Part shown: positions 18,891 through 29,305 of the stretch, piece by piece
Layout: each line of letters opens with the position of its first letter
Numbering within the stretch: the stretch's first letter is position 1
Virus record (IMG/VR): IMGVR_UViG_3300003873_000002
Span: 1 to 64,000 of that record
Strand: one strand, 5' to 3'
Source: a virus
DNA length: 64,000 nt
Translations under genes and position numbers: made by a program
Notes under the pieces: model-generated
Database searches by the model: none
Told to the model about the DNA's origin: nothing
The model's input: the letters and a program-made list of their open reading frames with translations, nothing else

Positions 18891-19235
18891 ATGGATATTA
18901 CAATAAAAGACAATGCTATTTCTAAAATATGCTATGATCTCATTAACAAAGAAAATACGCAAGAGTTATACGATATTGTTGACCTTAAAGCAAAGTCACT
19001 TATTAAAAGATTAGATGTGCACATGAATGACAAAACACCTGTACCTATCGAATTATATGGTGAGTTTTTATTTATTGAGAGACTTATAAAATTAAGTCCA
19101 TTCAAAGGAACAACAAATATGAATATAATGTTTAGTTTGTTCAGTAAACATATTATAGATAATGAACCAGATACAAATGAAATACTTAAAAAATGTTTGA
19201 CGAGTGCTGAGGAATTCGGTAATAAGTTATTGTGA
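18891..19235 (+). CDS. Hypothetical protein
   Basis: AAGGA RBS, 114 aa. Confidence 0.7.
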   Translation: MDITIKDNAISKICYDLINKENTQELYDIVDLKAKSLIKRLDVHMNDKTPVPIELYGEFLFIERLIKLSPFKGTTNMNIMFSLFSKHIIDNEPDTNEILKKCLTSAEEFGNKLL

Positions 19236-19297
19236 TATACAGTGATATACAGTGATATCAATAAAAATAAAAATAAAGGATTAATAAAGGATTAATA

Positions 19298-20257
19298 ATG
19301 GAACTAAATGCAGAAAGGATTGAAAATACGAATGATGACCTTAGTGTTTGCAACGTCGCACGAACGTCGTTTGATAAATGGAATTTTGAGTTAAACCCCG
19401 CAAGGGATTATGGGTTAATCAAATATCTGGCTGTTCATAAACACATCAGCCCATTTTTTCATCAGCGATTTACATTCATTGTCGATAGAGCACAAATCGA
19501 TTTTAATGCAATCTTATCAGATGAAACGTTGACGATGGGGCTTATTACAGAATTTGCAGATGTTGGCGATGATGTTATCATTCAACATTCATTTTTTGGG
19601 TGGATGAATTTATACAAACACGGTATTTTGTCACAGCAGTTTTCAAATACAGTGATTTCAAAAATTCATGAAACGATGCCTATTAGTCTTTCATCATATA
19701 TTGATGATACTATAATTGATTCAATTTTATCTAAACAAGATGAAGACAAACTAGGAAAATGTGTCAGTGAAAGTGATTTATGTGATATGGGTGATTCGGG
19801 CAAGTTAATAAATAAATTTGAAACAATTACATTTAGATTAACTATGCCAATTTTTGTTGCAAGACAAATGTTCACTCACCGTAGATTTGCAACCAACGAA
19901 ATTTCAAGACGATATGTTTCAAATACACCAGATTTTTACACACCACCAGAATGGCGCGGTAAGCCAACTAATGGTGCCAAGCAAGGTTCATCAGATGAAA
20001 GTATCACTGAAATTAACGGCGTTAAAATTAATGATATTCAAAAAAATGTAAATGATATTGCATTAAACACATACAATGCATTGCTTACAGACATTGCACC
20101 AGAACAAGCGAGAATGATACTACCACAATCGATGTTTACACAAGTAATTTTTACTGGTTCGCGTGGCGCATGGATGGATATGCTATCATTGAGACTCGAA
20201 GAGCATGCACAAAAAGAAACCAGAGACCTGGCAAAAATTATCAAAAAATATTTATAA
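19298..20257 (+). CDS. thyX: Flavin-dependent thymidylate synthase
   Basis: ARTSF, HISPF, PIFVARQ..THR..NEISRRY, EQARMILPQ, LRLEEHAQKE; ~110-aa insert after SPF. Confidence 0.93.
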   Translation: MELNAERIENTNDDLSVCNVARTSFDKWNFELNPARDYGLIKYLAVHKHISPFFHQRFTFIVDRAQIDFNAILSDETLTMGLITEFADVGDDVIIQHSFFGWMNLYKHGILSQQFSNTVISKIHETMPISLSSYIDDTIIDSILSKQDEDKLGKCVSESDLCDMGDSGKLINKFETITFRLTMPIFVARQMFTHRRFATNEISRRYVSNTPDFYTPPEWRGKPTNGAKQGSSDESITEINGVKINDIQKNVNDIALNTYNALLTDIAPEQARMILPQSMFTQVIFTGSRGAWMDMLSLRLEEHAQKETRDLAKIIKKYL

Positions 20258-20415
20258 CATTTAATATTTTTTTTTAATATTTAAATTTAATAGTGTGTTT
20301 ATTCTTATAACACACTATAACACACTATAACACACTATAACACGTCTAAGTTCATATCATAATCCCGATTAATCTAAATAAAAATTATTACATAATAAAA
20401 AATAATTTTAAATTG

Positions 20416-20444
20416 TTGCATTTTATTGAAAATAGTATTATAAT
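20416..20444 (+). promoter_or_regulatory. sigma70-type promoter
   Basis: TTGCAT-N17-TATAAT. Confidence 0.6.
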
Positions 20445-20474
20445 ATACATAACAATAAAGAAGAAGGAAAGAGT

Positions 20475-22571
20475 ATGCCAGAAATTAAAAACACAATTGT
20501 TGAAGAAACACAACGCGAGGCAGTTTTAAACAGACCTCATAATCTGGCTGGTTCAATTCAACGCGTTAACAAAGAGCGTTTCGTAATTAGTAGAGATAGT
20601 ATCATACTCAAAGAAACAAATACAGTGCCTGCATTGATTAAAATTTTTCAAGAGGCAATCGATAATCCAGTGGATGTTTTCATTAAATCTGATGGCAAAA
20701 AAGGCGATGTTATTGATATCAAAATTAATAAAACAACCTTTAGTGTTAGTGATAATGGATATGGTATTCCAACAAGTGAAAACGATCAAGGTGAAAATTT
20801 CGTCTATGTTGCCACTTGCAAATATAACACATCATCTAATTATATGGATGATAATGAAGGACAAAAGGGAGTAAACGGTATTGGAATCAAATTATCGAAT
20901 ACACTTTCCAAAAAATTTGTTGTTGTATCAGATGATGGAAAAAATAAAGTTACAATTACATCAACAGAAAACAATTTAAATCATAAGATTACAAAGAGCA
21001 AAACAACTGGGCGAACAGGGGTAACAGTAAAATTTAACCCAGATTTTGATATTTTTGATGTAGATGAAATTGATAAAGAACACATTGAGCGAGTTTATGA
21101 GTATGTATTGATTCAGGCTTTGACATACCCCAAAATTACATTTAAATTCAATGGCAAAGCGGTTAAATACACACCAAAACAAATAAACAATTTATTTGAA
21201 CATAGAGGTGTCCTAGCAGAATCAGATGATTTCTTCTTTACAGTAATGCCAAATGCATTAGATGATTTTAGGCAAATATCATTTGTTAATGGACTCGAAA
21301 CTAGTAGAGGTGGGTCCCATATTGATTATATCGCGGAAAAAATCATAGGGGGCGTAAGAGATAAACTCATTAAAAAATATAAATCAATTAAGCCAGGTGA
21401 TATTAAAAATAAAATCCAACTGTTTTTAGTTGCAAGCAATTTCCGTGGCGCGAAATGGGATGGCCAAACAAAAGAATCTATTACTAATCCACGAAAAGAA
21501 ATTTCTGCATTCTTTGATAAAATTAACTGGGATACAGTTATTAAAAATATTTTGGCAGATAAATCCATTATAAATCCAATCATAGAAATTTATAAAATCA
21601 AAGAAGAGCTTGCTAAAAGAAAAGAATTAGCCAGCATGGATAAATCAAAAAAGAAAAAGCCAAAATCCGACAAGTTTATTCCACCCTCAAATGAATGGAA
21701 TAGAATTTTCTTGGAAGAGGGTGATGCAGCACAAGGATCGCTTTCAAAAATAGTGGGAAGAGAAAATTCTGGCCACTTCGCTATGTTCGGTGTGCCACCA
21801 AATGCATATGATATGAGTAATATTGAGATTGGAAAATCCAAAAAACTTAATGATTTGCGTGAAATTGTCGGACTGTCTCTAGCAAAAAAATCCCAATCAT
21901 ATGATGAAGGCGCGTTTATTAAAATTGGTGATGATATTTTAAACATGAACGACGAAGTACTGACTGAAAATTATTTATCTATTGTGCCAAAACGTTTTGA
22001 AGATAGCGTTTGGATTAATGTGCAAGATTTAAAAATTCCTCCTGGATGTGAAATAGAAATAAATAGTTCATCAAGGGAGTGTTATAATAGAAGTATTGAA
22101 ACCAATAAAGCAAGAAGACTGACATGTATCAATTTTAATGAAATCATAATCGCAACGGATGCAGATTTACCTGGATTTTTTATCAGGGGACAGCTGTTGG
22201 GTTTATTTTGGAAAATAGGCAAAGACCTTTTCGAAAATAATAGAATTAAAGTACTACAAACTCCTTTGATTCTTGCTAAAGATAAAAACGAAAAAATTAA
22301 AAAATGGTTCTATGATTTTAAAGATTACAAAGAATATGAAAAAACACACCCAACACTAAGTTATGAATACAAAAAGGGTTTGGGATCATGGGATCAAGAC
22401 GAAATTAAAGTAGTTATAGACCACGACGGCTTAGAGACAATGCTAGAAACAATGACAATCGGTGATTTTAAAAAATGTGATAAAGCGTTTAGCGATTGGC
22501 TAGGAAAAAATAATGCAGATGTAAGAAAAGAAATGCTAAGTCATTTTGATTTTAATATCAATATGCTTTAA
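20475..22571 (+). CDS. DNA topoisomerase II large subunit (T4 gp39+gp60 / GyrB-like)
   Basis: GHKL motifs EAIDN, DNGYGIP, GVNGIG; TOPRIM EGDAA and TDAD; YKKGLGS. Confidence 0.95.
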   Translation: MPEIKNTIVEETQREAVLNRPHNLAGSIQRVNKERFVISRDSIILKETNTVPALIKIFQEAIDNPVDVFIKSDGKKGDVIDIKINKTTFSVSDNGYGIPTSENDQGENFVYVATCKYNTSSNYMDDNEGQKGVNGIGIKLSNTLSKKFVVVSDDGKNKVTITSTENNLNHKITKSKTTGRTGVTVKFNPDFDIFDVDEIDKEHIERVYEYVLIQALTYPKITFKFNGKAVKYTPKQINNLFEHRGVLAESDDFFFTVMPNALDDFRQISFVNGLETSRGGSHIDYIAEKIIGGVRDKLIKKYKSIKPGDIKNKIQLFLVASNFRGAKWDGQTKESITNPRKEISAFFDKINWDTVIKNILADKSIINPIIEIYKIKEELAKRKELASMDKSKKKKPKSDKFIPPSNEWNRIFLEEGDAAQGSLSKIVGRENSGHFAMFGVPPNAYDMSNIEIGKSKKLNDLREIVGLSLAKKSQSYDEGAFIKIGDDILNMNDEVLTENYLSIVPKRFEDSVWINVQDLKIPPGCEIEINSSSRECYNRSIETNKARRLTCINFNEIIIATDADLPGFFIRGQLLGLFWKIGKDLFENNRIKVLQTPLILAKDKNEKIKKWFYDFKDYKEYEKTHPTLSYEYKKGLGSWDQDEIKVVIDHDGLETMLETMTIGDFKKCDKAFSDWLGKNNADVRKEMLSHFDFNINML

Positions 22572-22645
22572 TATGCTTTAATATATTTTAATATATTTTA
22601 ATATATTAATATATTATTGTGGTTTATACAAGAATTGGAGAATTT

Positions 22646-23989
22646 ATGACAAATAGAACAATTGAGTCCTTTTTTGAATCGGAATATATTCAACAGGCAC
22701 AAAACGCAAATTATAGTAAAATTGCGAGCTATGTTGACGGATTAAAACCAACATCACGAAAAGCAGTCCATATCATGAATGTGGATAATATTACTAACTG
22801 GGTTAAAGTTGAAAACTTTTCGTCACTCGTTTCTATTAAAACAGAATATCTGGGCGGCGCTAATAATATTGGTGGTGTTGTTGTTAATACTGCGCGCAAC
22901 TATATTGGTTCAAATAACCTAGTTTTTTTTGATAAAAAAGGTGATTTTGGTGCAAGATTGAATAAATCTGCATCAGCTCATCGTTATATTTTTACTAGGA
23001 AAGCACAAAATTTTGATACGTTATTCAATAAAGATGATTACAATGTTTTGATTCCACAAGAGTTTGAGGGGTCGTTAATCGAGCCCAGATTTTATATGCC
23101 CGTTTTACCACTAATCGTTATTAATGGGAATGAGGGTCTCGGGAATGGGCATAGCCAAAAAATTCTACCACGTGATGTTAATAATGTTAAAAAATACATT
23201 ACAAACGTTTTAAATAATAAGAAAAATCAAAAAAAATTATTATTTCCGAGTTATAATGGATTTACAGGTACGGTAGATCAGGGTGAAGATAACAGTAAAT
23301 GGGTCTTTACTGGAAGAGTAGAGCGCATGACATTAAACCGTTATAAAATAGTTGAACTGCCCCTGAATCATACGATGATTTCATATACAAAAGTGCTTGA
23401 AAAATTATTAGCAGACAAGAAAATCAAGTCATATAAAGACCTTAGCAATACTCAGACAGATACCTTTGAATTTATCGTGCAATTTGATCCACCAGTATTT
23501 AAAAAATTAACAGATGAATCTGCTATAAATCTTTTAAAACTAGAAAAAAAAGAAAGTGAAAATTATACGTGTATAGATGAAAATAACGCAGTTGTAAGAT
23601 TCGGGAGTATTGAAGAGGTTATTGACGCATATATTAAAATACGCCTTGAATATTATAAAAAACGCAAAGATTATAAAATCAGCATAATGGAAGAAAATCT
23701 CAACGAGCAAGCATCAAGATATAAATTTATTTATAGAATAGTTGTAGATGAAAGTTTGCATGTAAATAACAAATCAAAGAGTGATATTATAAATCAACTG
23801 GAAACATTCAGTGATTTTGTTAAAAGAAATGATAGTTATGATTACTTGCTTAATATGCCTATTTATAATTTAACTAGCGAAAGACTTGAAAAATTAAAAG
23901 ATCATATAATTAATCTCAAAGCAGAGTTAAATGAGTTCAAAAAAATGGAAATTAAAGATATGTGGATTAACGATTTTAAAAAACTCTAA
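22646..23989 (+). CDS. DNA topoisomerase II medium subunit (T4 gp52 / GyrA-like)
   Basis: DGLKP, GDFG, catalytic RY in SAHRYI, EPRFYMPVLP, YDYLLNMPI; GGAG RBS before ATG 22646. Confidence 0.95.
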   Translation: MTNRTIESFFESEYIQQAQNANYSKIASYVDGLKPTSRKAVHIMNVDNITNWVKVENFSSLVSIKTEYLGGANNIGGVVVNTARNYIGSNNLVFFDKKGDFGARLNKSASAHRYIFTRKAQNFDTLFNKDDYNVLIPQEFEGSLIEPRFYMPVLPLIVINGNEGLGNGHSQKILPRDVNNVKKYITNVLNNKKNQKKLLFPSYNGFTGTVDQGEDNSKWVFTGRVERMTLNRYKIVELPLNHTMISYTKVLEKLLADKKIKSYKDLSNTQTDTFEFIVQFDPPVFKKLTDESAINLLKLEKKESENYTCIDENNAVVRFGSIEEVIDAYIKIRLEYYKKRKDYKISIMEENLNEQASRYKFIYRIVVDESLHVNNKSKSDIINQLETFSDFVKRNDSYDYLLNMPIYNLTSERLEKLKDHIINLKAELNEFKKMEIKDMWINDFKKL

Positions 23990-24173
23990 TAGCTTAGTAT
24001 AATGCACAGTATGAGATTATTTTATATAAATGATAGTTTACCATTATACAATAAATTGATGCTCATAACACGATATATTTCGCATATATAAGATCGTATA
24101 GACTCATATAAATCATCTTTTTATTAAACGCATTTAAAATTAAATAAATGCATATAAATATGTTTAATTAATT

Positions 24174-24770
24174 ATGAGTAATAAAATGACAGAAAAATAT
24201 GATTACCCGGTTTTAAACGGTGACGAGCTGGATGGTGTTACTAAAAGAAACAATGAAGCGCTGATAAATGATTTTACTAGGATTAGTGATTATAATAACA
24301 ATATTAATGACCAAAATGAAGAAATGGTCAAAAATAATACTTTACCCGGTAAAGGTGTTGTTCAACAAATTACAACGACGTCGCTTGCGATGGATTTATC
24401 ATTTGCATCACAGGCAAAAAGCATTGCTCTTAAAATGAATAAAATTGAGGATTTTTTAAGTTCTATTGAAGACAGACTCTTTAATGAAGAAACACTAATG
24501 GATCTTAGTAAGACTGAATTATTAAATCTTTATACAAGTACAAGATTGATGAAATCAGATGCATTTAAACAGATGAAAGAAATCCGCAAAGATATAGATT
24601 TTGAAAATCTTGAAGCAGTTTTGCTGTCAATGCATGCAAAAGAAGATATCAATAACAAAGATATTGAAAGTGGTGAAGTTCAGTCATTATTGTCTAAGCT
24701 ATTTGACAGCAGTGCTTTCTTAAATAAGAGCAAACAAATCGAAGAGAGCAAAGACAATGAACAACATTGA
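24174..24770 (+). CDS. Hypothetical helical protein, possible terminase small subunit
   Basis: First gene of late module, two genes upstream of TerL; position-based guess. Confidence 0.45.
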   Translation: MSNKMTEKYDYPVLNGDELDGVTKRNNEALINDFTRISDYNNNINDQNEEMVKNNTLPGKGVVQQITTTSLAMDLSFASQAKSIALKMNKIEDFLSSIEDRLFNEETLMDLSKTELLNLYTSTRLMKSDAFKQMKEIRKDIDFENLEAVLLSMHAKEDINNKDIESGEVQSLLSKLFDSSAFLNKSKQIEESKDNEQH

Positions 24771-24810
24771 ACAACATTGAACAACATTGAACAACATTGA
24801 ACAACATTGA
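24761..24810. repeat. Tandem repeat (ACAACATTGA)x5
   Basis: First copy contains the stop codon of 24174..24770. Confidence 0.95.
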
Positions 24811-24863
24811 ATACTCAAACACTCAAATTAACGGCAAACAATTAAACTATTGGATAATATATT

Positions 24864-25217
24864 ATGATCAGAGAAATTATTGAAAAGGTCAAACACATTG
24901 AACACATTGAACACATTGAACACAACGAACACATTGAACACAACGAACTTGGTGAAAACATGCGTGCGTCAAAATTTATTACTGTTGATAAAGATGGTAA
25001 ACGCATAAAACGTTATAGATGTGAAAAAGGATTTGCATTAGTAAAAGATGCAAATGGTGGGAGACCCACATGTAAAAAAATGTCTGCAATGGATATAATG
25101 GACGCAAAGAGAAAATACAAAAAAGATAAAGTTGCACAAGCTCGTAAAAGAAAAACATACGCATACAAACACTCAATACTGAGACATCAGCGTCTTAAAA
25201 AACAAGCAAATATTTGA
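24864..25217 (+). CDS. Basic putative prohead core protein with HIE/HNE repeat
   Basis: RxRCxxGF...TCKKMS and K/R-rich tail, as in T4-like core proteins. Confidence 0.5.
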   Translation: MIREIIEKVKHIEHIEHIEHNEHIEHNELGENMRASKFITVDKDGKRIKRYRCEKGFALVKDANGGRPTCKKMSAMDIMDAKRKYKKDKVAQARKRKTYAYKHSILRHQRLKKQANI

Positions 25218-25230
25218 TATCGGCAGCACA

Positions 25231-27057
25231 ATGATGGATAATAGTGTTATAGAAAGTATGGGTGAGGAAGACCTTAAAAAAATATATGCATTATATGCCA
25301 GAGAAACTGGATATATAGAAACACCTCCTTCTATTATGGATTTTATTAATAATGATTATTATATTGGTGATGCTACAAATGGTGGCACAACAATATATCC
25401 TTATTGGAAGGAGATTTTGCGCGATATCTACCCAACACCATTTTTTGAACATAACAAATATAAAGCGCTAGTTTACTCTGGTTCGACTGGTATAGGAAAG
25501 TCCACGATAGCATCTATTGTTTTTCTTTACGATTTAGCTAGAATATTGTGTCTAGATAACCCCCAAGATATGTTTAACCTGCCCAATAGCACAAAAATAG
25601 TATTTATGTTGACGAACTCAACACTAGAAAATGCTGAAAGTATCAATTTAGACCCCATAATGGCTATTATAAGAACATCACCATTTTTTATATCAAAATT
25701 CAATAAGCAGTCAAAAACTAATATGTTTATCAATAATATTGATATCGGTTTATGCTCAAGAAAGCGCCAACTAGTGGGTAAAAACGTCTTAGCGGCAATC
25801 TCGGACGAAATCAACCAGACGGTTATAAAAGGTGGTTCAAACGAATTAGTTATTGAAATGTACAACAGAATTAATTCTAGATTTTTATTAAAGGGGTCAA
25901 AATGGCCAGGACATTATAATCTAATATCATCTGCAACAGAAGAAAGTTCATTAATTCAGTCAATAATGGATAATGCCGAGAGCAACAATAAAAATGATGT
26001 TAAAATTATAGGCGCACCCAGATATGTTGTCAAAGAACATCTAGGTATTTATTCGGGTGAAATTTTTGAGGTGTTTATTGGTGATTTTCAATCAGATCCA
26101 TTTATAATTAAAACTGCTGCGGATAAGTTAAGAGCGATAACACTCGACGAATCAAAAATAGTTGAAGTCCCTATAGAACACAAAGACGAATTTGATGATA
26201 TTTGGTCGGGAATAAGAGATGTTATAGGGATGCCTATTTCATCTACAAGAACATTTATACCTCAAAAAGATAAAATAAATAACGCATTACAACTTACTCC
26301 TTTTTGCAAGGACGAACTTGTTATATCGGGTGACGATGATATTAAACTGATTGATATGTTCAATAAAGATATTATCGATTCATTTAAACCAGGTTCACAA
26401 AAGGTTATTGGTATCGATGTCGGTTTGACGAATGATAGACTCGGGTTAGGGATGTCTCATATCCACTCGCTGACATCGAAAGATAAAAAATCAGAAAATG
26501 GAACAGAAACAATAAACGAAAACATTTATTGGATTGATTTTGCTGTGGGGATTAAGGCACCCAAAGGTCAACAAGTGCCTCTTTGGAAAATAAGAGAATT
26601 TATTATCGATTTAAGAAAAATGGGTGTAAACATTGCGATGGTTGTAAGTGATACATTCCAATCATATGATATGGCACAACAACTCAAAAAACAGGGATTC
26701 AATACAAAAATTCACTCCGTTGATAGGAAAAAAGATGCGTATCATTTCTTGCGCAATTTAATTATTGAAGAACGCATTAAAATGCCCCATAATGCAATTC
26801 TTTTTAAAGAATTAACCTATTTGCAAGAAAACGAAAAGAAAATAGACCACCCTGATTATAACCCAGATGGGACAATTGGGTCAAAAGACATTTGTGATGC
26901 AATATGCTCTGCTGTATTTGTAAATGATAACGAATTTGAATTTAACCCACTAGAAGATAGAGACTTCAGGGAAGCTTTATCACAAAGCTGTGAAGACACT
27001 CCATTATCTATATTTGGTGAAGAAGCGGTTTATGAAACTATTGAGAATTTCATATAA
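25231..27057 (+). CDS. terL: Terminase large subunit
   Basis: Walker A GSTGIGKS, Walker B AISDE, RNase H-like GIDVG..D, KIDHP...SKDICDA. Confidence 0.93.
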   Translation: MMDNSVIESMGEEDLKKIYALYARETGYIETPPSIMDFINNDYYIGDATNGGTTIYPYWKEILRDIYPTPFFEHNKYKALVYSGSTGIGKSTIASIVFLYDLARILCLDNPQDMFNLPNSTKIVFMLTNSTLENAESINLDPIMAIIRTSPFFISKFNKQSKTNMFINNIDIGLCSRKRQLVGKNVLAAISDEINQTVIKGGSNELVIEMYNRINSRFLLKGSKWPGHYNLISSATEESSLIQSIMDNAESNNKNDVKIIGAPRYVVKEHLGIYSGEIFEVFIGDFQSDPFIIKTAADKLRAITLDESKIVEVPIEHKDEFDDIWSGIRDVIGMPISSTRTFIPQKDKINNALQLTPFCKDELVISGDDDIKLIDMFNKDIIDSFKPGSQKVIGIDVGLTNDRLGLGMSHIHSLTSKDKKSENGTETINENIYWIDFAVGIKAPKGQQVPLWKIREFIIDLRKMGVNIAMVVSDTFQSYDMAQQLKKQGFNTKIHSVDRKKDAYHFLRNLIIEERIKMPHNAILFKELTYLQENEKKIDHPDYNPDGTIGSKDICDAICSAVFVNDNEFEFNPLEDRDFREALSQSCEDTPLSIFGEEAVYETIENFI

Positions 27058-27120
27058 ATTTCGCGGTTTATTAAATATATATTAATAAATATAATAAGAA
27101 ATAAATTAAGGAAGCATTGA

Positions 27121-28635
27121 ATGTTAAGCTTTACTGGAACAATGAATAAATTAATGAACTGGACTACTCAGGTAGATCCAGCAATGACTGCTGCAAATAT
27201 TTTGAACAACAGCGGAACAGCAAATATTAACAAAAACCTAATGATAGAATTCTTCAATGCAAATAACAATAAACTCGAAGTTATAAACAAAATTGATAAA
27301 ATAAAAGATTTTTATTTTACACATCTGATAATTGATAGAATAATTGATGATGCTATTAACCCAGCAGGAAACTCAAAAGACCTTTTTAGTATATCAGTTA
27401 AAAACGAAGATGGTACGGAAGACGAAGCAGCGACTACATTAGTTAAGTCATTTAGTGCAAAGTTCAATATCAATAGACTAATTACAGACATTGCTAGCGA
27501 TTTGATTCTTTATGGTGAACATTATATTAGATTAAGCACATTGAACTATAGTGAAGTGGATAGTGGTGTGGAAAAGGGTGTCGTAAATCTACATGACGAT
27601 GTCGATATCAGTAAAATAGTCCCTGTATTCAAAGACGGTGATATATCATACTTTATTGTGCAAGAAAATGGGAAATTAGTTAACAAAACACCCGCAGAGT
27701 ATGCATATTTTTCAATGCCATCTTCGAGAATAAAAGTTAAAGTGGATACGCTCGATGATAAGGTTATTTATTTTAGAATGGGTCGTTCAGCATTGTATGG
27801 TGCACTGGGGCTTTTAGATGAATTAAAATTGCTAGAAACAATGATGCCGATTTCATTTATAAACAATGCATTAAAAACAAATCTAGTTTCAATTGGTGTA
27901 CCAAGCCAAACAAAACCACAAGATGCACTAGCGATTGCAACAACATATGAAAAAATGATTAATAAAACACTTAAAGTCGACACAAAAGGACAAACGAATG
28001 ATGAAATCATTAAAACGATTAGTCGGCGAGTAGGACAAGTAAAGGTTATACCAGATTTTGGTGATAAAGGCAGCCTAGAAGCACAAGAAGTTACAAACGA
28101 TACAAATAATGAAGAGTTAACTGATAAAATCAATGATCTTAGAAAAATGATTCTAACGACTATCGGAATTCCAGCAGGTATAATGGATGAAGAGTCACTA
28201 AAATCTGATGTTATCAAGGACCATATCAGATATTCTAAACGTTTAAAGTCTGTGCATCGCTCTATTACAGAGGGTATTAAACACATTTTTATAGTGCATT
28301 TACATAATCTTGGTTATAATTCAACAATCAAAGATGATATAGAAGTTAAATTTTTAAATGTACTTGATACAGACGATTTAGAAAAACTTGAGTACTTGGA
28401 TGTATTAATTTCTATGATGGATAATTTCAAATCATATGTATCAGATTATGAAGATGATGACCATGTGGAAGTAAACTATAAAGATTATTTTAAATTTATG
28501 AACCAATATCTCAATAGTGTAACTGGTTTCCAATTATTTAATGAACCCGGTACGGGTACATCGGAGGGTGTATCTGAGGGTACCCCTAGAGAAATTGCAT
28601 TAGAATCTAAAAAAGGTAAACAAAATGAAATTTAA
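27121..28635 (+). CDS. Portal protein (gp20-like)
   Basis: ~500 aa directly after TerL; YGEHY, GRSAL, TIGIP motifs. Confidence 0.85.
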   Translation: MLSFTGTMNKLMNWTTQVDPAMTAANILNNSGTANINKNLMIEFFNANNNKLEVINKIDKIKDFYFTHLIIDRIIDDAINPAGNSKDLFSISVKNEDGTEDEAATTLVKSFSAKFNINRLITDIASDLILYGEHYIRLSTLNYSEVDSGVEKGVVNLHDDVDISKIVPVFKDGDISYFIVQENGKLVNKTPAEYAYFSMPSSRIKVKVDTLDDKVIYFRMGRSALYGALGLLDELKLLETMMPISFINNALKTNLVSIGVPSQTKPQDALAIATTYEKMINKTLKVDTKGQTNDEIIKTISRRVGQVKVIPDFGDKGSLEAQEVTNDTNNEELTDKINDLRKMILTTIGIPAGIMDEESLKSDVIKDHIRYSKRLKSVHRSITEGIKHIFIVHLHNLGYNSTIKDDIEVKFLNVLDTDDLEKLEYLDVLISMMDNFKSYVSDYEDDDHVEVNYKDYFKFMNQYLNSVTGFQLFNEPGTGTSEGVSEGTPREIALESKKGKQNEI

Positions 28636-29305
28636 ATGTGACGCTGATAGCATCCAATATAAAGTAATGGGCCTCTCCGAAGACGCCATTAAAAAACGTG
28701 TCTCAATGGCAAAAAATATTATTAAAGATCGCAAAAAGCAGCGTGATGCTAAAAATAACTGGCGAAGAAACAAGCATAAAATCAAGGCTGGTATGAAAAA
28801 ATGGCATAAAAGCACAAAGGGGAAAAGATTTCACAGATCATTGGGCAGATTTAATGCACTTAGAGAAGAAAGCACAAGTGATATTAAATTAAGCCAAAAA
28901 ATGGTGATTGATGCATTGTTGTCATTATCATCTATCGAAACACATATGCTATTAGAGTTAAAATATTATGAACCTGATTTTAATGCATTGAGCGAATTTT
29001 TATTAATAGTAGAAATTTTTCATGAAGAAGCAAATAGCATTAAAGCAGATTTAATAGACGCGTATACCACAGGCGTAATTAATAATACTAGCTATGAGAA
29101 TCTGATTGAAACAATACAGATGTTCTTGGACCCGAAGGTTTATTTCCTAGAAAAGCGCAAAGAGAACGGTTTTTCTAATGATATACTTGAGGATGGTGAC
29201 ACACAATTAATTGAATTAAATAACCTCATTGAAAATACTAAACTAACAACAGAATTATACAATGAAATAGATAATCTATTTATTAAAGGGAATAAATCTT
29301 TATGA
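28625..29305 (+). CDS. Putative prohead core protein
   Basis: Basic N-terminal half, acidic C-terminal half; between portal and protease. Confidence 0.55.
   Translation: MKFKCDADSIQYKVMGLSEDAIKKRVSMAKNIIKDRKKQRDAKNNWRRNKHKIKAGMKKWHKSTKGKRFHRSLGRFNALREESTSDIKLSQKMVIDALLSLSSIETHMLLELKYYEPDFNALSEFLLIVEIFHEEANSIKADLIDAYTTGVINNTSYENLIETIQMFLDPKVYFLEKRKENGFSNDILEDGDTQLIELNNLIENTKLTTELYNEIDNLFIKGNKSL

Noticed and set aside
21890-27057. Inteins or introns in topoisomerase or terminase
   Set aside because: No C/S...HN intein ends, no homing endonuclease motifs, and ORFs are uninterrupted.
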